A DNA stretch of 64,000 nucleotides from Nitrosopumilaceae archaeon (lineage in GTDB: Archaea > Thermoproteota > Nitrososphaeria > Nitrososphaerales > Nitrosopumilaceae): positions 1,472,001-1,536,000 of the forward strand of contig CBDCCK010000002.1 in the NCBI GenBank assembly GCA_965214835.1, given 5' to 3'. Numbering within the stretch: the stretch's first letter is position 1; every line of letters begins with the position of its first letter. The position numbers were made by a program, and so were the translations under genes. The notes below the pieces were generated by a model. That model ran no database searches and was not told where the DNA came from. It saw only the letters and a list, made by a program, of their open reading frames with translations. Shown piece by piece: positions 11,901 to 20,082 of this stretch.

Positions 11901-14900
11901 GCGGCCTCCAGATAATAGACGTCTCTGATCCCGACAATCCGGCAGCGGCAGGACAGATTGCAGATGATACCGACCTGCTGCTTAGAGTCACCTACGACGT
12001 GGCCGTGTTCCTGAACGGCGGGGACACGTATGCAGTGGTGACAACCGACATGGAGGGCCTTCAGATTGTAAAGCTTGCAGAGGTTACAGATGCGACGGAT
12101 GAAACAAGGCCCTCCTTTGAGTCTGCAACCCTCGACGAGGGCACGGGCGCCATGACCATAACCTTTGATGAGACAATAGACATATCGGCTACAAACCTCT
12201 CGCTGCTGTACGTCAGCGATGTAAACCAGGCAGACACGGTACCGCTGACAGGCGCCGCATTTGACTTTGGTTCTGCTGACGTCGAGACGCTTTCACTCAC
12301 GCTTGTAGATTCCCAGATACAACAGGTGATCCCGATGGGAACCCCGCAGCTCGATATTACGGCAGGCGCCGTCTCAGACATACTGGGCAACCAGATAGCA
12401 GACTCGCCGGACAACCCGATCACGTTAACCGCAGACGACACAAGGCCCTCCTTTGAGTCTGCAACCCTCGACGAGGGCACGGGCGCCATGACCATAACCT
12501 TTGATGAGACAATAGACATATCGGCTACAAACCTCTCGCTGCTGTACGTCAGCGATGTAAACCAGGCAGACACGGTACCGCTGACAGGCGCCGCATTTGA
12601 CTTTGGTTCTGCTGACGTCGAGACCCTCTCACTTACGCTCGTCCAGGCCCAGCTGGACGAGATAGTCCCGATGGGAACCCCGCAGCTCGATATTACAGCA
12701 GGCGCCGTCTCAGACATACTGGGCAACCAGATAGCAGACTCGCCGGACAACCCGATCACGTTAACCGCAGACGACACAAGGCCCTCCTTTGAGTCTGCAA
12801 CCCTCGACGAGGGCACGGGCGCCATGACCATAACCTTTGATGAGACAATAGACATATCGGCTACAAACCTCTCGCTGCTGTACGTCAGTGATGTAAACCA
12901 GGCAGATACGGTACCGTTGATAGGCGCCGCATTTGACTTTGGTTCTGCTGACGTCGAGACCCTCTCGCTTACGCTCGTCCAGACCCAGCTGGACGAGATA
13001 GTCCCGATGGGAACCCCGCAGCTCGATATTACAGCAGGCGCCGTCTCAGACATACTGGGCAACCAGATAGCAGACTCGCCGGACAACCCGATCACGTTAA
13101 CCGCAGACGACACAAGGCCCTCCTTTGAGTCTGCAACCCTCGACGAGGGCACGGGCGCCATGACCATAACCTTTGATGAGACAATAGACATATCGGCTAC
13201 AAACCTCTCGCTGCTGTACGTCAGCGATGTAAACCAGGCAGATACGGTACCGTTGATAGGCGCCGCATTTGACTTTGGTTCTGCTGACGTCGAGACCCTC
13301 TCGCTTACGCTCGTCCAGACCCAGCTGGACGAGATAGTCCCGATGGGAACCCCGCAGCTTGACATTTCTGCGGGCGCCGTATCTGATATATTCGGCAACC
13401 AGATAGCAGACTCGCCGGACAACCCGATCACGGTCACAGGCACGACATCCAACAGCCCGCCGCTGGCACCCGCCGAGTCGGTGACCACCCAGGAGGATGT
13501 GCCTATAACCATAACGCCTGCCATATCAGATCCCGACACATCGGACACCCCTATAATATCTGCAGTTGATAACCCGCCAAACGGGACTGCCACACATGAC
13601 GATGCCACCATAACCTACACACCGAACCAGGACTTTGATGGTACGGACACGTTCGGATATACCGTATCTGACGGCACCGACTCTGTACAGGGCACGATAA
13701 CTGTGACCGTCACGCGCGACAACAACAATCCCGTTCTGGGTACCATAGGCGACCGGGCCGCCGAGCCGGACGTCCAACTGACCATAACGCCCACGGTAAC
13801 CGATGCCGACACGACTGATACTCACACGTATTCCATCACGCGCGGCACGCTGCCGGCAGCTGCCGCATTCAATACAACCGACGGCACCCTCGTCTGGACG
13901 CCCGTGCAGGCCGATGCCGGGCAGACCCACACGGTTACAATAATGGTTGATGACGGCCGCGGCGGCACCGACTCGCAAACCTTTGAGATAGTAGTGGCCG
14001 ACGGGGACGCCGTCACACTGACTCCGGTCGGGAGCATAGGCAACGGCCCGCAGCTGCTGCTTGATCTCCCGCGCGGCGTGGACGTCTTTACGATAGGCGG
14101 CAACACCTACGCCGCAGTGGCCTCCTCCGTCGATGACGGCCTCCAGATAATAGACGTCACGGATCCGGCCAGTCCAACCCCGGTCGAAAATCTGAGGGAT
14201 ACGGACTCGCTCCTGCTTGACGGCGCCCGCGCCGTGGATATATTCACGATAGGAGGCCGGACCTACGCCGCAGTGGCCTCCACCGCCGACGACGGCCTCC
14301 AGATAATAGACGTCACGGATCCGGCCAACCCCACACCTGTCGGCAGTCTGGGAGATGCCGTGGATGCGGAGACTGAAGGCGCCGTGGTGGGGCAGCTGCT
14401 ACTTGACGGCGCCCGCGACGTGGATATATTCACGATAGGCGGCCGGACCTACGCCGCAGTGGCCTCCTCCGTCGACAACGGCCTCCAGATAATAGACATT
14501 ACGGATCCGGCCAGTCCGGCAGCGGCCGGACAGCTGGAAGACACCGAGGACTCCGACGAGCTGCTGCTTGACGGCGCCCAGGGCGTGGCAGTCTTTACGA
14601 TAGGAAACAGAACCTACGCCGCAGTGGCCTCCTTTGCCGACGACGGCCTCCAGCTTGTAGACGTTACGGATCCCGCCAGTCCTGTCGCCGCCGGCAGCCT
14701 GGAGGATACGGGCTCCACGGAACTTGACGGGGCCAGCGACGTGGCAGTCTTTACGATAGGAGGCAACACCTACGCCGCAGTGGCCTCCGCCTCCGGCGAC
14801 GACGGCCTCCAGATTGTAGATGTTACGGATCCCGCCAGACCTGTAGCCGCAGGGAGTATTGCTGATGGCGACTCACTACTGCTTCTCACCGCCCGCGACG

Positions 14901-16762
14901 TGGCAGTCTTTACGATGGGAGGCCGGATCTACGCCGCAGTGACCTCCTTTGCCGACGACGGCCTCCAGATTGTAGATGTTACGGATCCCGCCAGTCCTGT
15001 CGCCGCCGGCAGCCTGGAGGATACGGGCTCCCTGAGGCTTGCAGGCGCCACCGGCGTGGCCGTCTTTACGATAGGAGGCAACACCTACGCCGCAGTGACC
15101 GCCGAGTACGATGACGGCCTCCAGCTGGTGAGGCTGGAGGCCGCATCCGGCATCTCGCAGTTCATATCACTTGTAGGAGACAACCCGCTTATACACGAGC
15201 TGGGCACCCCGTACGTCGATCCGGGCGCCACGACGGACGACGGCTCGCCGGTCACTGTGGATTACTCGCAGGTCGACGTCGGCGTGCACGGGGACTATCA
15301 GGTGATCTACACTGCCATTGGCGGCGGTGGCAGCACGGAAACGGCGATCAGGATAGTGCAGGTGCGCGACACCCTGCCGCCGGCCTTTGCATCGGCTACC
15401 CTGGACGAGGGCACGGGGGCCATGGCCATAACCTTCAGCGAGGCCGTCGACATATCGGCTGCAAACCTCTCACTGCTGCATGTCAGTGATGTAAACCAGG
15501 CAGATGCGGTCTCGCTGGGCGGTGCCGCATTTGACTTTGGATCTGCTGACGTCGAGACCCTCTCGCTTATCCTCCTTCGGGCCCAGCTGGACGGGATAAT
15601 CCCGATGGGAACCCCGCAGCTTGACATTTCTGCGGGCGCCGTATCTGATATATTCGGCAACCGGATAGGTGGCTCGCCGGACAACCCGATCACGATCCCG
15701 GGCCGTATCCAGACCGATGACGACACCGATGGCGACACAGTCCCGCCGACCGGCCGCAGCAGCGGAGTCGGAGGCGGCGGGGGAGGAGGCGGAGGCGGCC
15801 GCACCGGCATCGGGACCACACTGCCCGGTGCGGAGGCGGCGTACATAGCCTCCATATCATGGGACTGCGCGGTCGGATTCGTAACGATCGCCGCCGGGCC
15901 CGCATCCGATGATCTTGCCGTCTCTGTTCGCACCACGGAGCACAGCGTCACTAGGACTACGGGGGCAGGCCAGACGCCGGAGGGATTTGCCGTGTTTAAG
16001 GCGCCGATGCACGAGAGCGAGTCATACATCGGCGTCAGCGCAATCCTGCATTCCGGAAGCAGCGTAAGCTCCGACTATGAATCGGTAAACGTCGATGCCT
16101 GTGCCGGCAAGCGCACATACGATGTTCCGGTGTACATACCTGCAAGCACGGTTACGCAGACAGCAGGCGGGCCGGGCGATGCGGCGGTTCTGCCGCCCGT
16201 AACGCCGGAGCCTCCCGCCCCGATGCTGCCCGAGCCCGAGCCCGAGCCCGAGCCGCCCGTAACGCCGGAGCCTCCCGCCCCGATGCTGCCCGAGCCCGAG
16301 CCCGAGCCCGAGCCGCCCGTAACGCCAGAGCCTCCCGCCCCGGTGCAGCCCGAGCCCGAGCCCGAGCCGCAGGCAGCCTCGGAGCCCGGCGGCGCGTGCC
16401 TGATAGCGACTGCCGCATACGGGACCGAGCTGGCTCCGCAGGTGCAGGCACTCAGGGAGATACGCGACGGTGCGCTTCTCTCGACTGGCTCGGGATCCTC
16501 CTTTGTCGCCGGGTTCAACACTGTATACTATTCGTTCTCGCCTGCAGTAGCCGACCTGGAGCGCCAGAACCCGGCATTTCGCGAGGCCGTAAGGATTGCC
16601 ATATATCCGATGATCTCGACGCTGTCGATAATGTCGCTTGCAGAGGAGGGCTCGGAGGCCTCGGTGCTGGCGCTGGGCGCCTCGGTCATCGCCCTCAATA
16701 TCGGCATGTATGCAGCAGCCCCTGCCGCCGTCATCGTGGCTGCCCGGCGGCTGCGGGGCTGA
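2981..16762 (+). CDS. Giant secreted surface protein (4593 aa): seven LVIVD-like beta-propeller blocks, cadherin/Ig-like spacers, 112-aa Ig-like repeats, DUF5011-like domain, Pro-Glu linker, CFI-box-CTERM anchor
   Basis: Signal peptide ending AYA-Q; repeated GVDVFTIGxNTYAAVASxxDxGLQIVDVT units (7 counted in the first block); C-terminal GGACLIATAAYGTELAPQVQALREIRD plus TM helix and RRLRG. Confidence 0.92.
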   Translation: MVFVAAAVLGLAAAGALQEGAYAQQSEIEVVAVGQLGDDPSRLLNGARGVDVFTIDGNTYAAVTSEVEGGLQIVDVTNPTSPTPISSLRDDGATTELGGAYNVDVFTIDGNTYAAVASGGDDGLQIVDVTTPSNPAASGSLGNSNTLELNNPRGVDVFKIGGNTYAAVASRDDDGLQIVNVTNPASLTAAGNLDDDNSLRLGRAVDVAVFEIGGNTYAVVASSSGNGLQIVNVSDPDNPDPTSNLGDNNSRLLRGANAVDVFAIGASTYAAVTSLNESGLQIVNVTNPAQPRPVGNLGDTKDADGLRLEGAFDVDVFAIGASTYAAVTSFNDDGLQIVNVTDPANPTAAGNLGDGGSRELDGASGVSVFKIGTNTYAAVAAFEDDGLQLVRLGADTEAPNSPPVAPDEAETTVEDTPVTITPAISDPDTSDTPVISAVDDPPNGTATHDGTAITYTPDQDYDGTDTFGYTVSDGTDTAQGTVTITITRDNNDPVLGTIGDQNATPDTQLTITPTVTDTDTTDTHTYSISRGTLPAAAVFSTSDGTLIWTPVQADAGQTHEVTITVNDGRGGTDSETFDIAVADTDPNTIEITPTGNLGYADGTILLFTASGVDVFTINGNTYAAVASTDDSGLQIVDVTNPASPAASGNLEDGGSRRLSGAAAVETFMIDTNTYAVVVSSLDDGLQIVDVTNPASPAAAGGLGDNSTLLLSGTPGVDVFTIGTNTYAAVASTDENGLQIVDVTDPDRPAAAGSLEDTTSIRLSGAQDVETFTIGTNTYAAVASFKEGLQIVNVTNPANPAAAGGLGDNSTLLLNGASGVDVFEIGTNTYAAVASRTDDGLQIVNISNPDNLTAAGSLGNNGSRELNGARYIDTFMIGDNTYVIIAARDDNGLQIVNVTNPASPADAGRLADNNDLLLDGASDVAVFTIGTNTYAAVAAYDDNGLQLVRLGAEAETPNSPPVAPDETATTAEDTPVTITPAISDLDTSDTLVISAVSNPPNGAATHDDDTITYTPDTDYDGTDAFTYTVSDGTDTAQGTITVTITRDNNDPVLGTIGDQNATPDVQLTITPTVTDADTTDTHRYSISRGTLPAAAAFNTSDGSLVWTPVQADAGQTHTVTITVSDGRGGTDSETFDIVVASLDLIDVTPVGNLKDDGSRLLDTSSGVAVFETTDDGNARAYAAVTSFTEGLQIVNVTNPAQPMAVGNLEDTEGQDELLLDGAFGVDVFTIGSKAYAAVTSGLDEGIQIVDITDPTSPNPVGNLNDTDSLLLGGAHDVDVFTIGGSTYAAVINTFDDDNGLQIVNVTNPADPRAAGNLEDDNDLLLADSQHVDVFTIGTKTYAAVASETDNGLQIVDVSDPAAPAAAGNLGDDGSRRLGGAHGVDVFTIGHRTYAAVTSGGDDGLQIVDVTDPAAPAAAGNLGDDNSLKLGNAYGVSVFEMGGSTYAAVASFGDDGLQIVNISDPDNPEAAGQLEDTSDLLLATAFDVEVFTIGAATYAVATARDDHGIQIVRLDAADATNAPPVAPAETATTPEDTPVTVTPAISDPNVSDTPVISAVVDPPNGTAIHDDTTITYTPDQDYEGTDTFGYTVSDGTDTAQGTITITVTRDNNDPVLGTIGDRTVVAGVQLSITPSVTDADTTDTHTYSIKRGTLPAFAAFSTSDGTLVWRTTPSDGGETHKVTITVSDGRGGTDKETFDIVVTPADPIVVTPVGSLGDSSTLELDNARNVDIFTIGTKTYAVVVSNADDGLQIVDVTDPDNPAAAGKLEDTEPDGLLLDGAYNVDVFTTGGKTYAAIAASYSDHGLQVVDVTDPDNPAAAGNLEDNEDADELLLRGAQGVDVFTIGAKTYAVVAANADDGLQIVDLTNPASPTAVGKMHNTTAPLLDGIYDVSAFTIDSNTYAAVASFTRNGLQIVDLTNPANPTAAGNLVDDGSRELDGARGVDIFTIDSNTYAAVASIDDDGLQIVNVTDPDNPTAAGNLVDDGSRELDGASDVDIFTIDSNTYAAVASQHDDGLQIVNVTDPDNPTAAGKLGDGGSRELNGAHGVSVFTIGTKTYAAVASYLDDGLQIVELSVTDDVRPEFASATLDVDLGVMTVTFSETVDVSATSLSLLYVSDTNETNTVSLAGADFDDAAADSDTIQIDLASSQRAAIDLMTAPQLDIAAGAVSDLSRNLIDAAADNTITTASPDSPIPSGRLPDSASLILEKSRSVDTFTIGSNVYAVAVSNAEDGFQIVDISRPDKPRGLGNLVDSNLPQRLLDGARGVATFTAGGKTYAAIASHADDGIQVFSVSDLAHPQSAGRLEDNGFRLLDGATGVTTFTIGSNTYAAVTSQHDGGLQLVNVTDPSSLTAPGRLEDGGSRLLADTSSVDTFKRGGSTYAVVASWGDDGLEIIDVSNPSSPAETGRLADDSDMLLRGIRAVDAFEAGGSAYVAVASHGENGLQIVDVSDPANPSPAGKLADGGDRLLGGASGVEIFWVGQAVYAAVASQSDDGLQIVDVSDQDNPAEAGSLRDGPRLSLDAARDLSVFTRGGAQYAVVASDTEGLQIVKLAESTRPAFASATLDRNTGAMAITFADVIDVSETDLSKLYISDISETNAVSLGGAGFDDTAADSDTIRLRLTGPQLAGIAPIVTVQLDIAADAVSDLSGGHIRDSPDNPITTASPDSPIFSGMLPDNTQLLLGGAYGVDVFTIDANTYAVVASSDENGLQIVNITDPDNPTAAGRLADATDLLLDGANAVAAFRIDSSTYAAVPSGSEGGLQIVDITDPDNPTAAGNLEDTEPANPGEDELLLGGAGGVEIFQVGSDVYAAVTSNTEGGLQIVNVTDPDNPTAAGQLADATDLLLDAPLGVDVFLIGGKIYATMTSTSNGKAGLQIIDITDPDNPTAAGQLADANNLLLEGTIGVDVFMIGTKTYAAVSSVVEHGLQIIDVSDPDNPAAAGRLADTTDLLLRNAQGVDVFTTEDGTYAAVTSEFGGLQIIDVSDPDNPAAAGQIADDTDLLLRVTYDVAVFLNGGDTYAVVTTDMEGLQIVKLAEVTDATDETRPSFESATLDEGTGAMTITFDETIDISATNLSLLYVSDVNQADTVPLTGAAFDFGSADVETLSLTLVDSQIQQVIPMGTPQLDITAGAVSDILGNQIADSPDNPITLTADDTRPSFESATLDEGTGAMTITFDETIDISATNLSLLYVSDVNQADTVPLTGAAFDFGSADVETLSLTLVQAQLDEIVPMGTPQLDITAGAVSDILGNQIADSPDNPITLTADDTRPSFESATLDEGTGAMTITFDETIDISATNLSLLYVSDVNQADTVPLIGAAFDFGSADVETLSLTLVQTQLDEIVPMGTPQLDITAGAVSDILGNQIADSPDNPITLTADDTRPSFESATLDEGTGAMTITFDETIDISATNLSLLYVSDVNQADTVPLIGAAFDFGSADVETLSLTLVQTQLDEIVPMGTPQLDISAGAVSDIFGNQIADSPDNPITVTGTTSNSPPLAPAESVTTQEDVPITITPAISDPDTSDTPIISAVDNPPNGTATHDDATITYTPNQDFDGTDTFGYTVSDGTDSVQGTITVTVTRDNNNPVLGTIGDRAAEPDVQLTITPTVTDADTTDTHTYSITRGTLPAAAAFNTTDGTLVWTPVQADAGQTHTVTIMVDDGRGGTDSQTFEIVVADGDAVTLTPVGSIGNGPQLLLDLPRGVDVFTIGGNTYAAVASSVDDGLQIIDVTDPASPTPVENLRDTDSLLLDGARAVDIFTIGGRTYAAVASTADDGLQIIDVTDPANPTPVGSLGDAVDAETEGAVVGQLLLDGARDVDIFTIGGRTYAAVASSVDNGLQIIDITDPASPAAAGQLEDTEDSDELLLDGAQGVAVFTIGNRTYAAVASFADDGLQLVDVTDPASPVAAGSLEDTGSTELDGASDVAVFTIGGNTYAAVASASGDDGLQIVDVTDPARPVAAGSIADGDSLLLLTARDVAVFTMGGRIYAAVTSFADDGLQIVDVTDPASPVAAGSLEDTGSLRLAGATGVAVFTIGGNTYAAVTAEYDDGLQLVRLEAASGISQFISLVGDNPLIHELGTPYVDPGATTDDGSPVTVDYSQVDVGVHGDYQVIYTAIGGGGSTETAIRIVQVRDTLPPAFASATLDEGTGAMAITFSEAVDISAANLSLLHVSDVNQADAVSLGGAAFDFGSADVETLSLILLRAQLDGIIPMGTPQLDISAGAVSDIFGNRIGGSPDNPITIPGRIQTDDDTDGDTVPPTGRSSGVGGGGGGGGGGRTGIGTTLPGAEAAYIASISWDCAVGFVTIAAGPASDDLAVSVRTTEHSVTRTTGAGQTPEGFAVFKAPMHESESYIGVSAILHSGSSVSSDYESVNVDACAGKRTYDVPVYIPASTVTQTAGGPGDAAVLPPVTPEPPAPMLPEPEPEPEPPVTPEPPAPMLPEPEPEPEPPVTPEPPAPVQPEPEPEPQAASEPGGACLIATAAYGTELAPQVQALREIRDGALLSTGSGSSFVAGFNTVYYSFSPAVADLERQNPAFREAVRIAIYPMISTLSIMSLAEEGSEASVLALGASVIALNIGMYAAAPAAVIVAARRLRG
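12105..13435 (+). repeat. Four tandem 336-bp (112-aa) near-identical Ig-like repeats
   Basis: CAAGGCCCTCCTTTGAGTCTGCAACCC recurs at 12105, 12441, 12777, 13113. Confidence 0.95.
16193..16370 (+). repeat. Three 60-bp tandem repeats encoding a PPVTPEPPAPMLPEPEPEPE linker
   Basis: Direct repeats visible in DNA and protein, with nested CCCGAG hexamers. Confidence 0.9.
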
Positions 16763-16932
16763 GACGCAGTATCTGCCGGGCGTCTCTTGCCATACCAAGT
16801 CTGGCACGGTCGCGTGGGCAGAATCAGACCGGGACAAATGCGCCCGGATCAGATGCCAGAGGGCAGGTTCGGCTTTTGAGGTAGCTGATCAAGATCCAAG
16901 CAGGAGCGGACTCGCAAATCCCGCCTGCCTTC

Positions 16933-17754
16933 TCATCTTGCTTTTGTAAAGATATACGGCGTATCCCTTTGCTGATCCATCGTCCAGCATGTCGGCAGCA
17001 CGACTACGCCTTTCACATCAAGGCCTGCCTCGTCTATGACAAAGCCCCACCCCCACTTTTCTTTATTTGAGAACCTCTTTAACTGAAAGCTTCCCATGAA
17101 GACAAACGCAGACTCGCCCCTGAGCCTCTCATGGGAAAAAATCCTTGCAACGATGCTCTTTGCAAGCATCTCCCCCATCTCGGGCAGCCCGCCTATGAAG
17201 AATGCCGGCCTTGTCAGTCCCAGGGAGGCATACTCAAACTCGTTTGCGTCGGCATGCCTTACGCCAAACCTTACGCCAGAGTCCTGTGCGATTCGCTCCT
17301 GCAGCTCAGACAGGCTCCGGTCGATCTCTATCCCATACGAGTCCAGCCCGACGACCTGTCCGCAGTATGCAATCCGCCCGTCCCCGGAGCCGACATCGAC
17401 GATCTGCTCCATCCCAAGCCTCCTTGACTCTAGCGCAACCTCGCATGCAGAAAGGATCCATGTCGGATAAAACGGCTGGTTGCTCACGTCGTGCTTTGTA
17501 CTGCTGATCCAGTACTCGTTAATGTCCCCCTCGTACACCGTGCAGGGAACCCCCAGGATTTCCATCTCATACGAGTTGTAGTAGATGGGGTTATTTCTGG
17601 CAAAGTCGTGCAGCTTTTCCAAAATGGAGTCGTCAATCGGAATCAGCTCCGAGGACGCCCTTGGAATCGCCTCGCGTATGTGGCCGTTGCCATCGTACTT
17701 TTTTACAAACTCGGCCTTCAGTCTTGAGGCCGGGCTGTCCTTGGGATTCTCCAT
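16933..17754 (-). CDS. Putative class I SAM-dependent methyltransferase-like protein
   Basis: IVDVGSGDGRIA motif I followed by GIEID; 9 bp downstream of valS. Confidence 0.7.
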   Translation of the reverse strand: MENPKDSPASRLKAEFVKKYDGNGHIREAIPRASSELIPIDDSILEKLHDFARNNPIYYNSYEMEILGVPCTVYEGDINEYWISSTKHDVSNQPFYPTWILSACEVALESRRLGMEQIVDVGSGDGRIAYCGQVVGLDSYGIEIDRSLSELQERIAQDSGVRFGVRHADANEFEYASLGLTRPAFFIGGLPEMGEMLAKSIVARIFSHERLRGESAFVFMGSFQLKRFSNKEKWGWGFVIDEAGLDVKGVVVLPTCWTMDQQRDTPYIFTKAR

Positions 17755-17763
17755 GAGGCATCC

Positions 17764-20079
17764 CTACTCCAGGTTGTGCATAGACTGCAGATCCCTCTTG
17801 AGCTCCGCGAGGGCCTGGGGAACCTCGACTGCTATGGGGTCGCGCAGTGACAGCCCACCCGCCTTTTTGTCGTTCCACACCCTGGAGTTGAACCGGACCA
17901 CCTCCTCTGTCAGCCCCGAGACGTCTTTTGATTCCTCCGCACGTGCCTGCCGCTCCAGGTGGATGCTGCTTTTCGAGTACAGCGTCAGCCAGAGATGCTC
18001 CGTGATAAACGGCGTAATCGGGGCCAGCAGCTTGAGGATCGTAGAGAGCGTCTTGTGCAGCGTGTATATTGCGGCATCGCGCTCCTCCTCTGAGAACCCC
18101 TCCCCGTAGGCGCGCTTTTTGACCATCTCTATATAGTGCGCGGCAAACAGGTTCCGGGTAAACTCCCGTATTGCGACTGCGGGCACGAAAAAGTTGTACT
18201 CGTCATACCCCCTGTTGCACTCCCTGATTAGGCCGTCCAGCTCGGAGAGTATCCACCTGTCTGTGGCCGTCGGGGTCGCCTCCCTGACTACCGGAAAGCC
18301 AGACAGGAGCCTCGAGACGTTCCACAGCTTGCTCAGGAACTTCCTGGCCGACCTTATCTTCTCCTCGCTGCACCTAAAGTCGTATCCGTGGTTGACCTCG
18401 CTTGCGCTCCAGAACCTGAACGCGTCTGCCCCGTTTTGCTCAATCACCGGCAGGGGATCGATGGCATTTCCCCTGCTCTTGCTCATCTTCATCCCCCTCT
18501 CGTCAAGCCCGTATCCCATGATCCACGCCTCGTCCCACGGCCTTTTGGATGTCAGCTGGGCGCACCTTAGGAGCGTATAGTACAGCCATGTCCTGACTAT
18601 GTCCTTTGCCTGCGGCCTGATTGATGCCGGGTATACCTTCCCAAAGAACTCCATGTCCCTGCCATACCTTGAGACGAAGAGCGGGGATACGCTGGAATCC
18701 ATCCACGTGTCAAAGGTTCTCTCCTCCCCGGCAAACTCTGCGGCGCCGCACTTTGCACACCCGTCAAGCGGACACCTTTCCTTCCAGGGCCGGTAGTACC
18801 TTCCCGGCTCCGGTACGTGCGGATGGCCGCATCCCTTGCAGTACCAGATGGGAATCTCCGTTCCATAGTACCTCCTCCTGGAAATCGGCCAGTCGATGGA
18901 AATCGAATCCAGCCAGTTCATCAGGATCTGCCTGTGCATCTGCGGATAAAACGTGATTTGCAGGCCCAGCTCCCGCACCATTTCAACGGAGTCCCTCTGC
19001 TTGAGGTAGTACTCCTCCATCGGGATTATCTCGATTGGGGTCTTGCTTCTCTCTGATACCGGCGTCCTGTGGGAGATCTCCTCGATCTTCTCGACAAAGC
19101 CGCCTGCCTCCAGATCACCGATGATCCTCTCCCTTGCCTGCCTTGGTCTGAGTCCCTCATAGTCTCCGGCGGCCTCCGTCATTTTGCCGTCCAGGCCGAT
19201 GGCCACGACCTCCTCTAGATTCATCTCCCTGAACAGCGCGACGTCGTTCTGATCGCCGTAGCTGCAGACCATTACGGCCCCGGATCCAAAGTCCTGCCGC
19301 GCCGAGTGGTGCGCCCTGATCTCCACCTCCGCGCCGGTAACGGGGACTATTGCCCTGCATCCGACAAGCGCGGCGTACCTCTGATCCTCCGGGTTGACAA
19401 TGACTGCCCTGCATGCACAGAGCAGCTCCGGCCTCGTGCTTGCGATGATGATCTCCCCGCCCGAGTCCCTGACCTTGAATCTCATGTGGACCAGCCTTGC
19501 AGGCAGATCCTGGTAGGTGATCTCTGCGTCTGCAATGGTCGTTCCAGAGGTCCAGTCGTAGCTGTTCGGCCTGGTGGCCAAGACGATCCTTCCCTCCCTC
19601 CACAGCGTTATGAATGTGGACTGCGTCAGCGCGCGATACTCCTCGGAGTCTGTCCTGTAGTGGCCCTTGAGATCCCCGCTCAGGCCGAGGCGAGTCATGA
19701 TCTGGATCATCTCCTGCTCTAGGTCGTCTAGGGCCTCCCTGCAGAGATCTAGGAACCTTCCCCTCTCTGTCTCCCTCATCCTTATGCCGTGCTTTTTCTC
19801 GGTGTACAACTCCACGGGCAGCCCGTTCCTGTCGATTCCGATCGGAAAGTAGACGTTCTTGCCGCCCATGCGTGCTGTCCGTGCAATCATGTCGATCTGC
19901 GAATAGTGTGCCGCGGCGCCTATGTGCCACGGGCGCCCAGAAGGATACGGCGGGGGCGTGTCTATCGCATAGTTGTCCTCTGCAGGCGTGAACCTGTAGA
20001 GGTCGGACTCTTGCCATCTCCTTAGAACCTGCGCCTCCAGTCCGGGATTCCATGCCTTTTCGGTAATCTTTGGGTCCAT
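17764..20079 (-). CDS. valS: Valine--tRNA ligase
   Basis: IDTPPPYPSGRPWHIGAA (HIGH-like), DWPISRRRYYG, FDTWMDSS, KMSKS. Confidence 0.95.
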   Translation of the reverse strand: MDPKITEKAWNPGLEAQVLRRWQESDLYRFTPAEDNYAIDTPPPYPSGRPWHIGAAAHYSQIDMIARTARMGGKNVYFPIGIDRNGLPVELYTEKKHGIRMRETERGRFLDLCREALDDLEQEMIQIMTRLGLSGDLKGHYRTDSEEYRALTQSTFITLWREGRIVLATRPNSYDWTSGTTIADAEITYQDLPARLVHMRFKVRDSGGEIIIASTRPELLCACRAVIVNPEDQRYAALVGCRAIVPVTGAEVEIRAHHSARQDFGSGAVMVCSYGDQNDVALFREMNLEEVVAIGLDGKMTEAAGDYEGLRPRQARERIIGDLEAGGFVEKIEEISHRTPVSERSKTPIEIIPMEEYYLKQRDSVEMVRELGLQITFYPQMHRQILMNWLDSISIDWPISRRRYYGTEIPIWYCKGCGHPHVPEPGRYYRPWKERCPLDGCAKCGAAEFAGEERTFDTWMDSSVSPLFVSRYGRDMEFFGKVYPASIRPQAKDIVRTWLYYTLLRCAQLTSKRPWDEAWIMGYGLDERGMKMSKSRGNAIDPLPVIEQNGADAFRFWSASEVNHGYDFRCSEEKIRSARKFLSKLWNVSRLLSGFPVVREATPTATDRWILSELDGLIRECNRGYDEYNFFVPAVAIREFTRNLFAAHYIEMVKKRAYGEGFSEEERDAAIYTLHKTLSTILKLLAPITPFITEHLWLTLYSKSSIHLERQARAEESKDVSGLTEEVVRFNSRVWNDKKAGGLSLRDPIAVEVPQALAELKRDLQSMHNLE

Positions 20080-20082
20080 CTT

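Noticed and set aside
12061-13611. Long antisense ORFs over the giant genes, valS, purB and rtcB (e.g. 516 aa, 399 aa, 299 aa)
   Set aside because: Shadow frames caused by codon bias and repeats; no recognisable motifs
3060-15140. Regularly spaced short DNA repeats resembling a CRISPR array
   Set aside because: They are in-frame propeller-blade coding repeats (~150-nt period) inside one ORF; no cas genes or leader
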